The notes under the pieces were generated by a model. The model was not told the DNA's origin. It did no database searches and saw only the letters and a list, made by a program, of their open reading frames with translations. A DNA stretch of 63,743 nucleotides, filler included, from Atractiella rhizophila (Eukaryota), in NCBI GenBank assembly GCA_021432655.1. It is 3 parts of 3 records of this genome, joined end to end, with 100 filler letters (N's around TTAATTAATTAA, not from the genome) between each part and the next. Parts side by side here need not be neighbours in the genome. Positions count along the whole stretch, not along the records: positions 1 to 29,190 come from MU271724.1; 2 more parts are not named here. One strand, given 5' to 3'. The position numbers and the translations under genes are program-made. Positions within the stretch are counted from its first letter, which is position 1. Every line of letters begins with the position of its first letter. Positions 1-12,073 of the stretch are shown here, one piece after another.

Positions 1-675
1 TAATTTTCACCAAAAGTCCCATTATTCTGTCCAATATCACTGAAAGGGTGATGAAAGAGTGTCTGAAACGGCGTCCCATCTGACGGGTCAGTCTAGGCGA
101 AGGACAGAAGTACAAGCTGGCTCGAGAAGAGTCGCATTACTTCCCTCCATCCATAACTGCTAAATGAAGACACTGTTTAGTGAGTCCAAACACGCAGGGA
201 TCAACCAGTAACTTTAGTAGAAACAAAGCATAGCGACACAACATTCCTTTTAATTCCACTGACCCTCAAAACATGATGCTTTGGAACAGTGAAAGAAGGA
301 AATGTTGTCTGCTCGCTAGTCTGCTCTGGCAAGAGCAGGAAGGAGAATTCATGGTCCCCCCACCGACCCATAGCAATTAGTGGAGGTACTGTCACTGCCT
401 CAGGTACGGACTCTCCTTTGTCATACGGAGAAAAGGCAGTATGCAGCTGCTGTCCATTTTTGAGCGAAGAAAAGCTCCCAGACCTTTCGTCTTCGCAACG
501 CGAAGGAAGACGAACCTATTGCTATAATGCCTCCGTAAAGCACTCCAATATATCCCCTTAATGCCGTTAGACCAATAATCTTTGCGTTGCTTTATCCCTC
601 ACTGTCTACTGCTTCCTCTTGTAGTTCTGTTGATGACTCATACTTTCTCCAAAAAAGTTTCCTCTTCCAGCAACA

Positions 676-2611
676 ATGTCGAAGCTTCCGCTACGTTCTC
701 TGCTGCACCAGTGCAGGAACCAAAGCACGACCTCCATCTTCTCCAAATCCCCACTCCAAGCCGGCGCACCGTTTGCACGCCTGCCGACCTCAGCGTCACC
801 AACACCAACAGCGAGCTCAACTTCTACCTTGCAGGTCGACGAAAAGGGGACGAGTGAGAGCGCGAAGCAAAGGAAGGAGTGGCCGGAATGGACCAAGCAT
901 GGAGCGTTGGAACCGCTGTGGGGGGATGGGAGGAAGAAGGACCTGACGGACCTTAGGGAGGGGTTTCGGAGGAGGTTGAAGGAGGTGACAACTGGTCAGT
1001 CAGCTGATATTTGGTTGGTGATGGATGCACGATTTTACGAAGAGGATATTGCTCTCTTGTTTCACGCGAAGCGACGTGGACTCTTGTCAAGAGCAAAGAG
1101 GAACTTTATATCCATAGTCAGCCTCATGCGACGTATATGCTTCATGCTCTCTCTCTCAATACCAAGGCGTCACCAACATGAAGTTCTGTCCGTCACACCT
1201 ACACCTTATGCATTCGCATGCGATCCTTTGCTCTGGCATTTGTGTGCAAATTTATAGTTCTGGACAACATGCGTTTATTTGTGCTTTGCAAAGTGCAGAG
1301 TACACATATATTTATTCAGCGTAGTGGACTTTGAAAGAATTTTTCAGGGGCTAAAAGATGTCAAACCCTGCGCTTTGGCAGCAGAGAGAAAGGGCCAATT
1401 TTTGTATCAAAGATGTATCCTACTGCTGGATGGCCCAGTGAAGCACCTCCCATGACGGCTTTATGCTACTCTCTAGATTGCGTAGAGTAGTAGTTGCGGC
1501 CACTCAAAATACTTGTACCGCAATGTTGAGACGCCTTCTACGGCTAAAACATGCACGCCTTTTTGCTGTCCATGTCAAACTGAATTATAATCATTAACCG
1601 CATCACTAACGTTCTCTCTTGTGGAACCACAATTATAATCATTAACCGCATCACTAACGTTCTCTCTTGTGGAACCACAGGCACACCTCACGCGAACAAA
1701 GACATCTTCAACACCATCCTCTCCTCCACTTCCACCGAGCCTTCCCTCCGCTCGCCTCAAGCCCTGCACTACGCGTCTCTCCTTCTAAACAACTCATACA
1801 TGCTGTCATCACTGGTCTGTCCCTTCAGCTTTCCCCTTTTCTGACACTAACCGAAATCATACATAGTCTTCAACCCCTTCCCCATTTCCCTCCCGCTCCG
1901 ACAACCCCACACCGCTCGCAAATTGCATCTACGATTCCTTTCGTACATATGAAGGCTTGAAAACCTACTTTTCCTCCGCCGCGATGGGCGTAGAGGGAGA
2001 AGGCTTCCTCTGGCTCGTACTCCAGGAATCGAAGGAGAAATCCCTGAATGCGGAGAAGAGCATCAACGCCGGTGTCGTCCTCACGGCTGGAACGGGGACG
2101 ATGCTTGTTCAGGGAGGTGAGAAGAGGGGAGCGTGGAATGGCGTTTGGGGAGTTGAGGACGCGAAAAATCTTCCTCCGTTGAATGTGCGCCATCCCATTC
2201 ACCTTTCTCGTTGATGAGTTAAGTGAGGACACTGATGATTTCCTTCTTGGTTGATCTTAACGTGTACAGAAGTCAAGGTCGTCCTCTCCACTGGTATGTT
2301 CACTCCAAAACTTTGAAAACACGACTGTGAACTAATCCTGGCGGGCACAGGATCGTGTTGGGCGGTTCACCGTGAGCTCGCAGGAACCATGGACGGCCGT
2401 CCACCCTCTGTTCTGCCTTTCGCTGTACGAACATTGCTGGCTGAAAGACTATGGCATATTGGGAAAGAAAGAGTATGTGGAGAACTTTTGGAAGGTTTTA
2501 GATTGGGATAAGCTCGAGGAGAGATTCGAGAGGATCTTAGAAGCGGAGAGAGAGAAGACCGAGCAGAAGAGAGCGGCGAGGAGGGAGAGAAGCTTGTTTT
2601 CGAGAGCGTAG
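676..2611 (+). CDS. Mitochondrial small-subunit ribosomal protein with Fe/Mn-SOD fold (Mrp1/Rsm26, mS43/mS42-like), multi-exon
   Basis: N-terminus resembles a mitochondrial presequence (MSKLPLRSLLHQCR). Spliced segments include ALHYASLLLNNSYMLSSL, LKTYFSSAAMGVEGEGFLWLV and HPLFCLSLYEHCWLKDYGILGKKEYVENFWKVLDW, a SOD C-terminal domain without the DxWEHAY metal ligands. Intron 1 is 994-1680. Confidence 0.8.
1583..1678 (+). repeat. Perfect 48-bp tandem duplication at the 3' end of intron 1
   Basis: aattataatcattaaccgcatcactaacgttctctcttgtggaaccac occurs at 1583-1630 and 1631-1678, followed by AG at 1679-1680. Confidence 0.95.
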
Positions 2612-3016
2612 AGGCGCGTGTTACGCGATACTTAGGTATGCAGTAATTTACTCAAAAGTACATCATACAATCCAGATCATTCGCGTTTCGCATTCCGCTG
2701 CACTGTGGATGAGAAGTGAAACGTCAGGAGGATACTGTAGAGAACAACAATTTCAGTGGGAATTTCAGCAATACTCCAAAACCTGTGAGGAACATTGTAC
2801 CGCAATGCAGCCTGTCCGTCAGGAGTCTCGAAGTCGTTATGGGTTTCTTCAAGGGGATGATCGTCTGTGTGTACCTCCTTTCACAATTACCTCCTTTCAC
2901 ACTGTCGTTACCGAACTGGTAATTCTACTCTTGTAAATATATAACAGCTGCGCGACATGCATCATTCATGATATCTTCAAGGGGTACCCTTGTTTCCATC
3001 CTGCAATTCCTCTCTC

Positions 3017-3595
3017 TTAATTAGAATGTGACCTCAACACGGTCGTTCCTCCGGGGGCGATATCGAAGGTGGACGACTCTTGGCTATTCACCTGAAGTCG
3101 TGGAGGACTAATCTTCTTTGGTCGTTCAGCACGCGTCCTCTTCTTTCGCGGTTCCTCAATCCAACTAGCATTTTGACGAAGGAGGTTTTTCTGAATGACT
3201 TTATAGGCAAGGATGCAGCCTTCTCTCGTCATCGGATCCTGTGGCACTTGAAAGCAGTAGACGTCTTTTTCATCCACCAATTTTTCCGTGACAACGCGCT
3301 GACAATCTTGCGCCATCCGAGCAGACAGAAGTCCAGCAGGCTCTCGGACTCTTTGATCTTTCAGCCAAGCACGCAATGGTTTACTCTACCAAGAAAATCA
3401 ACCCAGGCACGTGATTGTACGAGTTTCCAGTCCACTTACCCAAAGATGGCTTCCATTCAACGCGCTCACGGCATATTCAGCATCCGTGGCACGAACAAAT
3501 GTGACCACACATGTTTGGAGCGGCTGCACTGTGCGCTCCCAATACTGCTTCTTGACTGCCCTTTCATAGATAAATCTTCGACAGAGTTCTCGTCT
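3017..3595 (-). CDS. Possible RRM-containing protein, 3' part only (5' part unclear, runs toward the gap)
   Basis: Splicing across a GTAAGT..TAG intron gives TCVVTFVRATDAEYAVSALNGSHLW|SKPLRAWLK, which resembles the beta3-alpha2-beta4 end of an RRM. Confidence 0.35.
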
Positions 3596-3787
3596 GCGGC
3601 GTCTTGGTTAAAACTCTACCATGTCAACTCTGGGGTATCTTGACTGTACGGACCCACTCGGAAAGCCTGGGAAAGTACGTCCGAGACTGCTTAAACCTCG
3701 TCGTGCCATCGGCACAAGCTTTTGTAAGGGTACTGCCGCTTTCCTCTGAAGCTTTAGCGGAACGCTGCATGTAAGCTTTAGATGCTA

Positions 3788-3812
3788 NNNNNNNNNNNNN
3801 NNNNNNNNNNNN
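3788..3812. other. Assembly gap, 25 N
   Basis: N run seen directly. Confidence 1.
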
Positions 3813-3904
3813 ATGTCCCAAGAGGCTTATGTTACTGTGTTTTCCATGCTTGGATGAGGAAAAGGAGGCGGACGTTACGCATAGGGTAGTGAAGGCGGGT
3901 AAGG

Positions 3905-4429
3905 AGTTGAGGACGTTATAGGCGAGGTTGAGGAGAGACAGGAAGAGGGAGAAGCGAAGGGGAGAAGTGGCGAAGGTCATAAAAACAAAACTCAGGGAAG
4001 AGCTAGAGCTAGAGAAGAGGTCGCAACCAGTAAACTTAACGATGATAACTTTCCCATCCTGACCACCCTCCGTAAACCAACTCTTATTCTCCTCCTACCA
4101 CCGCCTCTAACTCTACCTCCTCCGAGTAGGGGAACAACTCCACCGTTGTAACGACAGTAAGGTTAGAGTTGTACATGTGTTCCGTTGTATCTACTAAGTG
4201 CTTGGAACGTAGGTGACGAGGAAGTTGAGGTCGCGGAAAGCTACACGGCGGACGTGTGGTGGCTGCTTTCACCCACTAACATCGTTGATGGTTAGTTAGT
4301 TAGTTGCTAACGAAGACATTTGATCTCCTCTCCTCATACTGTATCTACATCTTTTGACGTCTCTGTGTGGAAAACCCACTCTTTGACCTGTCGAGCGCGG
4401 AGGGTAACGCCTCCCTCCTCGCCACCGTA
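3905..4429. CDS. Small 3-exon gene readable only by reversing the + strand without complementing; Mrx7-like N-terminus
   Basis: The reverse read from 4429 gives MPPLLPPQWEARAVQFLTQK|LLQSPTFVGGVQAAHRKALELKEQWMQ|AMLPPQQGDEPPPSQSPPPSSSYSQ..., with GTGTGT..TAG and GTTCGT..CAG introns. The Mrx7 resemblance is from memory of the LLxSPxFxxxVxxxHxK motif. Confidence 0.7.
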
Positions 4430-4751
4430 GGAAGGAAGAGGAACGTTTAGGGACGCTGAGGACTAGTGGATATAGTGGATATAGCTAACCATGGAGTTGC
4501 GGGAGAGTAGGCGTATTCATACTAGCTTGAACAACCTACAACCAACGAACGACGACGAACGGTCGACGAAGGGCGTCTGGCTCAGTTAATACCAACCCAA
4601 CTTTTTGCTGCTGCGTCCGCACCTGGAACTGCCGGGTTAGAGTGAGGAAGGTATAGCTATATTGACTCAATATGTAAGGAAGTTATAGGAGGTTCATTCG
4701 TCGGACGCGATATCAGATTTTTCATCTTGACTCAAAGCAACGGAACGGTCG

Positions 4752-5058
4752 TACGCTGCGCCAGGGGGTTCGAGGGAGTTGGAGCAGGGATTGCCGGGAG
4801 AGTGGGCGTTCGGGTTCAAGTGCGAGGGGTCCTTGGGTGTCTCGCACCTTTCGCAGATAGAAGGTCTGCAGGCAGAAGAGGGAGAAAGAAGGGGAAAGGA
4901 CAAGATTACATTCCCAAGTCTAGGCAGGGGGGTCCTCCAGTCACCCAAGAGTCCAGCACACAGTCGCGGAGGGATGCAACTCTAGCCAGCTCCTAAACCA
5001 CAGCCCTAACCCTTACCTCCCTTCCCGCTCAACCTCATCACTGCCCTCAGTCATAACT
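4752..5058. CDS. Small 2-exon hypothetical protein readable only on the un-reversed complement
   Basis: The complement read left to right gives MRRGPPSSLNLVPNGPLTRKPKFTLPRNPQSVESVYLPD|IRPPRRSVGSQVVCQRLPTLRSVEDLVSGLGMEGRASWSSDGSQY*, with a GTCCGT..CTAAT..CAG intron. Confidence 0.65.
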
Positions 5059-8000
5059 CGAATCGTGACGAATTTCTTGCCACCTCCTTACCCTCTCCCT
5101 TCCTCCTACCCACACAGGCTAGGAAAACGACCACTCAAGCACTTTCACCCTCCTACACCACGACACCACACGATCTGCAACAACTAGTTACGATAGTATG
5201 TTCAGCAAGAAAGCGCTAAAAGGTAGCGATATTGCGTGCCGCTAAGTACGTACTCCTTCTCTTCATAGCTTCGCGCGTAGACTGCAGGAAATCTGTCATT
5301 AGTAGTCAGCACCTACCTTTCGTCATCGCTTTCGGAAGAAACTCCGAATAGGAGTTAGATGAGTTTTGACGGTAGCTGTCTATCATGCCCTATCTCCTCT
5401 ACTAAGTCTTAACACAGTCAAGATACACCGAATAAAGGGCAGTACCTGTTAGAGGTATATTCGAGCACTGGTTTCTTTTTCTTTTACCCTAGAGTTTCGT
5501 ATCTTTTATGTGCTATTCTCACGGCAACTCGTCAGCTAGGGGGACACCAACAGAGTAGGAGCAAGTCCCTTATACTTGTGCTGACGGGGCTTGCACGAAA
5601 GGTAAAGTTTCTTCAGATTATTTTCTCTACTGCTAGCTGAAACGCACTGGAGGGTTATCGTTTGCTTACCTCCGGTTCGTCGCACATTGGGTAGTGTAGC
5701 CGGTCTAAGTTGTCAAAGAAGGTTGTTTTGACCTCCTTCTTTTGTTACCTTGGTAGTTCCCTATCACCTACATTAGACGAACAAGGAAGGATGCAATCTT
5801 GCTTTGCCAATAAGTCACACTTTTGTTTAGACAAAAATTTTCCATGAGCGTCGTTATTGAAAGGACGAATTGCGGAGGGCTTAAAAGCAGGTAGGTTAGG
5901 GAGGTAATAGCTTCCCTACAACCAATTTTTTTTTCCTGTGTAAGATAACACGTTATGGATTCCAGAACAGTCGCGGTAATCTTACGGGGTTTGCTACTGT
6001 TGTTTCCTCCGGAAAGCTAAAGTCACTGTTTGCTAAGGCATGAAACAACGCAAGCCCTTCTTCGCACAGTTTTGCCTTAAGTTAATATTTGGTGTAACGA
6101 GGGAACCCGACTTTCTTTCCTTCGGTCTTTGTTCACTGTAGCACCTAGTGGGTTTATTAGTGTTAAGGCATGACCGTTGATTTTCACGGAATGACAGAGA
6201 GCTGAATATTACTTTCCATCGTCAACAGTTTTCTTCTCTGTATATCACTAGGAAAAGGTGGGTGGCTTTGGCTAGCTAGCTAGTCGTACATACATGGAGA
6301 GGGAGGGAGAAACCTGGAACTGTGTAAAACCCATGAGTGTAGCGAACAGTTAACGAGACTCCGTAAGAGAACTCGATAAGACTTCATAAAATTCGGTCGT
6401 AAAAGTCATTACTTCTCCTAGCCCCCCTGTCCCAACAACCTGTCGAGAGCTTCTCCTAGTATGGTGCCGTAGAAAGGGATGTCGGTTTCTCCACTCTCTT
6501 ATCCTCCTTGTAGTATCTCGCCCTGATCACTAGGAAAACCTAAGACTCCTTTCCCCTCCCTTTCCCTTTCGCCAAACAGACTTCTCCAGGAGTCATCATC
6601 TTAAAAGGCCCGCCTATCGTGTGGAGGGAACTTCCTTGTTGCTGTAAATAAAGTGTTTGGTGGTTCCGCCTAAATAATGACGAGGAATTCCAGACAGGGA
6701 GTTGCGGGGAGTGTATTTTTATGGTTCTTTTTGTTTGGATCCAGCGTCGGAGAAGGAGTGGAGACGGCATCCGTAAGAAAAGCTTGCTTCGGCGATGATA
6801 AGATCACGCTTAAGATAACGAGGTCTCTCTACACAGGAGAGATCGAGCAGAAGTTTCTGGTGGATGAACTTGTTAAACCATTACTTTCTTTTTTTCGAAA
6901 ATCTGTCGCGTTTCAGTATTCAAAGCCCGAGCTTCTCATCAGGTTTGGACGAAATCGATCAGCTGTGGTTATCAGTGGATGGTTAAAAAGAAGCGAATGT
7001 CGCATTGCCTATGTGTTCAGGCGGCATGAATAAAGAAAGAGAAGCATCAAAGAGTGTTGGACGCAGAATGGTGGCGCGTCTACAGCCGCCCCTTCACTCT
7101 GTATAGTGACATGCCTGGTGGAAGGGTTGGATTTCGTGTTCAACATGGAAGCGAATATCATCCTGTCTATGATCCGTACCTTTATACCCTGTTACCGGAA
7201 CCCCTCAGCTGAATGGCCAACTATGATCACGATTGAGTTCTCTTCTCAATCTTTGTGCGTTGCGAGGCCCATCAGTCTTTTCCTTTCCTCGGATCTTCAC
7301 CCTCACATACCATAATAGCATTCGGTTGACTTTTGACAATTTTACCCGTGAAGCACTTCGAACGATGGCTGCGTACAATTCTATTACGACTTTTTGAAAT
7401 CAGTGACATTTTTAAAGAAGAGATTACTGCGTTGAAGGAAAGGCATCAAAGCGAATGCCAGCAGGATATGCAGATTTCAAGAACGTCAGTTTGTTCAGTC
7501 GTTAAATATCGTGATAACGACCGGTTCCGTCAAGTTCCCTGCTCGGCTGAGCCGACTTAAAGTGCGCATGCGCCGTGACGGAGTTCAGCATTAAATAATT
7601 GGAGATGTTGAGGAGATAATGTTCAATAATTCGGCCGTTCGCGCTTGCATGGCTTCTGGCTTACAAAAGGATCATCCTACCCTGACAATGGGAATCCAGT
7701 TTCACGCCTATGCTCTTCCCTTGTGGGTTGCAGTGACTCTTTGCAAATTCTTGTTCAGTGGACAATGGAACGATGTGTTCGTCGTGCTCATCGTGCTCGA
7801 GTCCGCCGAGTTGAGGAATTCTTGTTGTTTACGAGGAAGCGAGCTTGGCGGAACGCCTCCTCTGACGAATCTCTTCTCGGTGGATATCCGCCGAGCAGAA
7901 AGGATCCCGTCAATAATGCTAATACCTGTTCTCGATTTCGAGAACATTTTCGTGACCTGAGTTGGCACACAGAGTTCTAAAATATCTACAAACCTTTTCA

Positions 8001-8377
8001 GATCTCAGCTCAAGTGCGATAATTCAATTGTTCATTTACACAAAATTTGCTTTCCTCTGGCAACCACGCGTGAAAAGACGATGAGAGTGCCAGATCCCGA
8101 TTTTCATTACCAATGATTTGAACCCGTCGTCCTTCGGAGTGCCCTGATCCGCGCATCGCGAACGCAAAGGCGCGTTGAAGCGACGGGGTCAAAAGCTTGT
8201 AACTGTTCCAGCCTTCTTACGGACGCTCACCTCCGCCTGCTATTCCCTGGCCTGGCCTACATAACCTGCCATGCTAGCGACAGCCTTAGGACGTCTCAAC
8301 TCAACAACTTACACTACAACCGAAGCCACCACCGAAACTTGATATTTGCATAGTAGAGGAAAAGGGCTGATTGAAAA

Positions 8378-9870
8378 ATGGCTGATCAAGCCACTATTCA
8401 TAATGTTGTCGATCGTGTCGCCGCTCCACTGCTCGTGGGCAGCTATGTCGCTGCTGGATTTTGGAGTGTACAAATGGTCCTCACGTATCAGTGGTGGGTC
8501 AGCCATTGGCGATCTGACCATTGGTTGATCAAGATAGCATTACTTGCTGTACGTCCTGCTCTGATGTCTGGTTGGAGCGAACATTGATACCGCATGAGGA
8601 TAGCTGGGTATTAACAACACGCTGCAAATAATCGCTGAGACTGCCAGTGTCTACGACTATACGATTACGCATTGGGTAAGTTGCTCGGCATCGCTGCAAA
8701 TCTTCCGTTGTATGAACAGTTGGGCCATTTAGAGCGACCTGGCATACCTTGCAAACCAAGTTCGTACCCTTCCCAAGATATTTTTATTCAGTAGATTAAT
8801 GAATCCGCTGAAACAGCCATGGCACATCATTGTCTTCGAGATCACTCTTGGATTCTCTGCCTTCATCGTCCAGTCGTTTCTCATAACGAGGTACTGGCGG
8901 CTCACTCGAAATTGGTTCGTCGCTGGTGCCTTAGCATGTTTCTCGCTTGGCTCTGTAAGCTGCCCTCCCTTTCCGTCTGGCATACACAGTGATCTGATTA
9001 ACCTTCCCAGTTGGGTGCTGGTTTGGCTACTGGGATCGGAATTACTATCTTTAAGGAATTTGACCAACGATCACATCTGACGACCGTCATCACGGTCTAC
9101 TTGACAGGAGAAGCAATAACCGGTGCGTTCCCTGTTTTGAATTTATAGATATCTCCCCTGATCCATTCCGCCGCAGATTTACTTATCTCTCTGGCTCTCA
9201 TCTTTCATCTTTTAGGATACAGAAAACGCACCTCCTTCGAGGAGACGCGAGGGTGCGTCCTTTACTCCACGTAGAGCATTTATTCATCGTATTGCGTAGG
9301 CTCCTGCAGCGGCTCATATTTGCTGCTTTTGAAACGGGATTCATAACATCAGCATGGGCAATGGCGACGTTAGCCGCCTTCCTGGCACGAAAGGACACCA
9401 ATGTTCGTCAAGCTCCATCCGTAGCATTCAAACTGATCAGTGCATACCAGTACGCGCCTGGCATCGCATACCCTCTAGGTGCCGGATGTAAGTCTTCCCA
9501 AACGTTAGCTTGCCTGCCATTTGAGACTCACGACGAATATGCAGACGGACTCGTACTGCTCGTCAATCTCCTCATATCCTCCATCAAAGGACCAAATACC
9601 ATGACTGTCAGTTCCGGTTCACGCTCCCACAAATACAGGGGAACTCGCACAGCTGGGCAATCAGAGAACTTCACAGAGGTTCGGATCGAGACCGAAGTCC
9701 AAGTGGAGCGCGAGATCGTGCGTCACTTCTCCCCTTCCTCTTTGCGTTTGCCTGGTCTGACTTGTTGCATCGATGCATAGGAGATTGGACCGACACAGAT
9801 CGCGCTCACGAGAATGGAAGCTCCATTTCCGAATGATGCCAAGGATCAGGACCAAAAGGACATGGTCTGA
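8378..9870 (+). CDS. DUF6534-family multi-pass membrane protein, multi-exon
   Basis: Contains APLLVGSYVAAGF, SAFIVQSFLITRYWRLTRNWFV, LLQRLIFAAFETGFITSAWAMATLAAFL and GIAYPLG, the typical basidiomycete DUF6534 pattern. Stop TGA at 9868-9870. Confidence 0.7.
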
Positions 9871-10230
9871 ACTTTTCAGCATTTTCAGCGTTTCTCTCGT
9901 CTTGAAAGCCTGTTGACTGTCGCTGTGGAAAGTGTCATGTTATTATACCCCGGTTGTATTGGTAGGACTCCTGTGGCGTTTAAGGATGTTTGTGTAGAAT
10001 ATACCGTCAAAATTTTGATCGTGTCAGAACGCTCATTTTGCAATTCAACTAGAATCAGTATCATCGTGAACCTCGCCTGGGATGGCGGTTACAACACTCT
10101 ACATAAAATACAACTAGAGCTGAAACAAGAAACAGAGAAAACGACAAAAGACGAAGCAGACAATAATCTCGAAAGAGACTCTCATCCTTTCTCAAGACGA
10201 TCACAACAGTTCAGGACGGACAACCGAGTC

Positions 10231-11895
10231 CTACTCCGCCTTCTCCCTCTTTTTCAAGACGATCCTCACGGCCCCTCCCTCTCCCTTAAACTCCCACGGC
10301 GTCCCAAAATTCCTCCCTACCCAATCCGGCCATACACCCACACCATCCATCCCTTCCCCATACTCGCCCTTTCCCCTCCACTCGACATCATATCCAGTCA
10401 CCAAATTCTTCAAGAAAGCCTCCGTAGCGATCCACCTCGCCAGCTTCTCTCCGGGACAAACATGAGTACCCGTTCCGAACTGGAAGAACCTCCCCTCTCG
10501 TATCCACCTCTCCCACGACGGTCGACCGTTCTCGTCTTTCTCTAAAAACCGGGTAGGGTCATACCTCTCTGGGTCAGTGTGGGAGGAGTCATCGTGTGCG
10601 TTCAGGAGGGGGGCTGCGCAGACGAGGCTTCCCGGACGGAGGAGGTGGTGGTGGATTCTTACTGTTTTGGAAGGGTTTGTGAGACGCATGGAGGTTAGGA
10701 AGGAGTAGAGACGGCCGGTTTCGCGGAAGGCGGCTTCGCGGTACTCTTGGGACGAGCGAAGTTTGGAGTGGTCGGCGTGAAGAAGGGTCCAGCAGATTGT
10801 GGGCGTGAGGTTGGCCACGAAGGCGAGGACTGTGACGAGGAAGAGACCGGCGAACGATTTCTTGGACTCTTTGGATGAGGTGGTCTTGCATAGGAAGTAG
10901 AGGAAATCTGTCCTCTCCTCTCCATCTCCATCTGTGTCCTTCTCCTCGTCCTTCTCAGAGCGCTTATCATCCTCGTTCTTACGCTCCAAACCGCGATAAA
11001 TTTCGTCGACCTCTCTATCAAGAACTTCTTGAAGAGCATCCACAGACTTGTTGAGCTTCCTCCCGCCTTCGAAGCGGTTCCAGAGGAAGAAGGGGACGAA
11101 ACGGATCCGTACGTCGAGCGGTCCTGACTCAAAGTTCTCGACGCAGGACAGGATCAGGGGGAGGTGTGCGTCTGTGAAGGTGCGCCCGAAAAGGACGTAG
11201 AAGGAGAGGATGTGGACGAGACGACCGGTGGATTCTGTATAGAATAAAGCGTTAGTTTTGCGTAAATGAACAGGAGGTTAGAGGGAGAAGAGAATAGTGA
11301 CGATAAAGAACGAGACTGACCAAAAAGTTCTACACCCTGAGGTACGGTGGCCCACCTTTCAAAGAATCCAGGACAGAGGTGATCAATGGAGCTGGCATAT
11401 CCTTCCAACCTTCCCGGTCCAAGCAAAGATGAGCGCATAGCTTTGAAAGCCGTCTTGAACCAATCATCTGGGGTATCAACAACTATCAATCCAACGCAAT
11501 CATGATGAGCGCTACAGCAAGGTATACACAAAATGAAGAAGAGAAAAAGAACCTTTTTGGATTTTAGGACCCATGATGACTGGCACATAATTGAAGAAGC
11601 TCGCCTCGTCCTCCTTAGCCTTCAACAGGGCTTCCTGTGCTTGTCTGCCCGTGAAGAAGGTGAACTTGAAGATGAAGAGGTCGAGGGTGAAGCAGTCGCC
11701 GTACTGCTCTCTGCTTTGGCGGAGAAAGGAGATGGGGTCTGTGGAGTAGTGTGCGAGTGCTTCCTTGCGCTTGCTGAAGGAGTTACCCCCGACGGTGGGG
11801 ATTGTTGGGGAGGGAGACTGGAGGAAGAGACGGAGACGGCGGAAGAAGTAGACGAGTGGGAAAGCTATCAGGAGCAGTAATAGCAGGAGTAACAT
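10231..11895 (-). CDS. Cytochrome P450 (CYP7/CYP51-clan-like), multi-exon
   Basis: N-terminal TM anchor, K-helix ExxR (ETGR), YDPTRF, and heme motif FGTGTHVCPG. Confidence 0.9.
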
Positions 11896-12073
11896 GATTG
11901 CGGTGAGAAGCTGGTCGTTGGCAGAGGGAAAAGAGAAACATGGCCATTGTTGTTACTTGTTGAATGCATAACAATGAGATCTCGTTTATACCTCCGAACT
12001 TTGAATTAACATTACCATTGTCATTATCTTCAGGACGATCGATAATATTACCAGAGATATTAGATATTACAGG

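Larger units (their letters stand above)
3813..6640. other. Block written in reversed (non-complemented) orientation; right boundary approximate
   Basis: The given strands are rich in TAG/CTA/AGCT and the ORF track is empty from 4997 to 6539. The plain reverse and plain complement readings give spliced ORFs with GT-AG introns. Confidence 0.9.

Noticed and set aside
1..560. Possible minus-strand gene running off the window start
   Set aside because: Splice-like signals and short frames are present, but I could not build a consistent model or recognise a family.
1583..1678. CRISPR-like repeat
   Set aside because: Two abutting copies with no spacer, in a eukaryotic intron, with no cas genes.
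676..2611. Active Fe/Mn superoxide dismutase
   Set aside because: The metal ligands are not conserved (SLYEHCW instead of DxWEHAY); it fits the SOD-fold mitoribosomal proteins.
4289..5017. Telomere-like GTTA repeats (~4290-4305) and CCCTAACCCTTA (~5004-5015)
   Set aside because: Both are very short and lie in the reversed block, where they are an intronic TTGA repeat and coding sequence.
6650..8200. Short ORFs on both strands as a gene or transposon remnant
   Set aside because: No recognisable motif and no consistent spliced frame.
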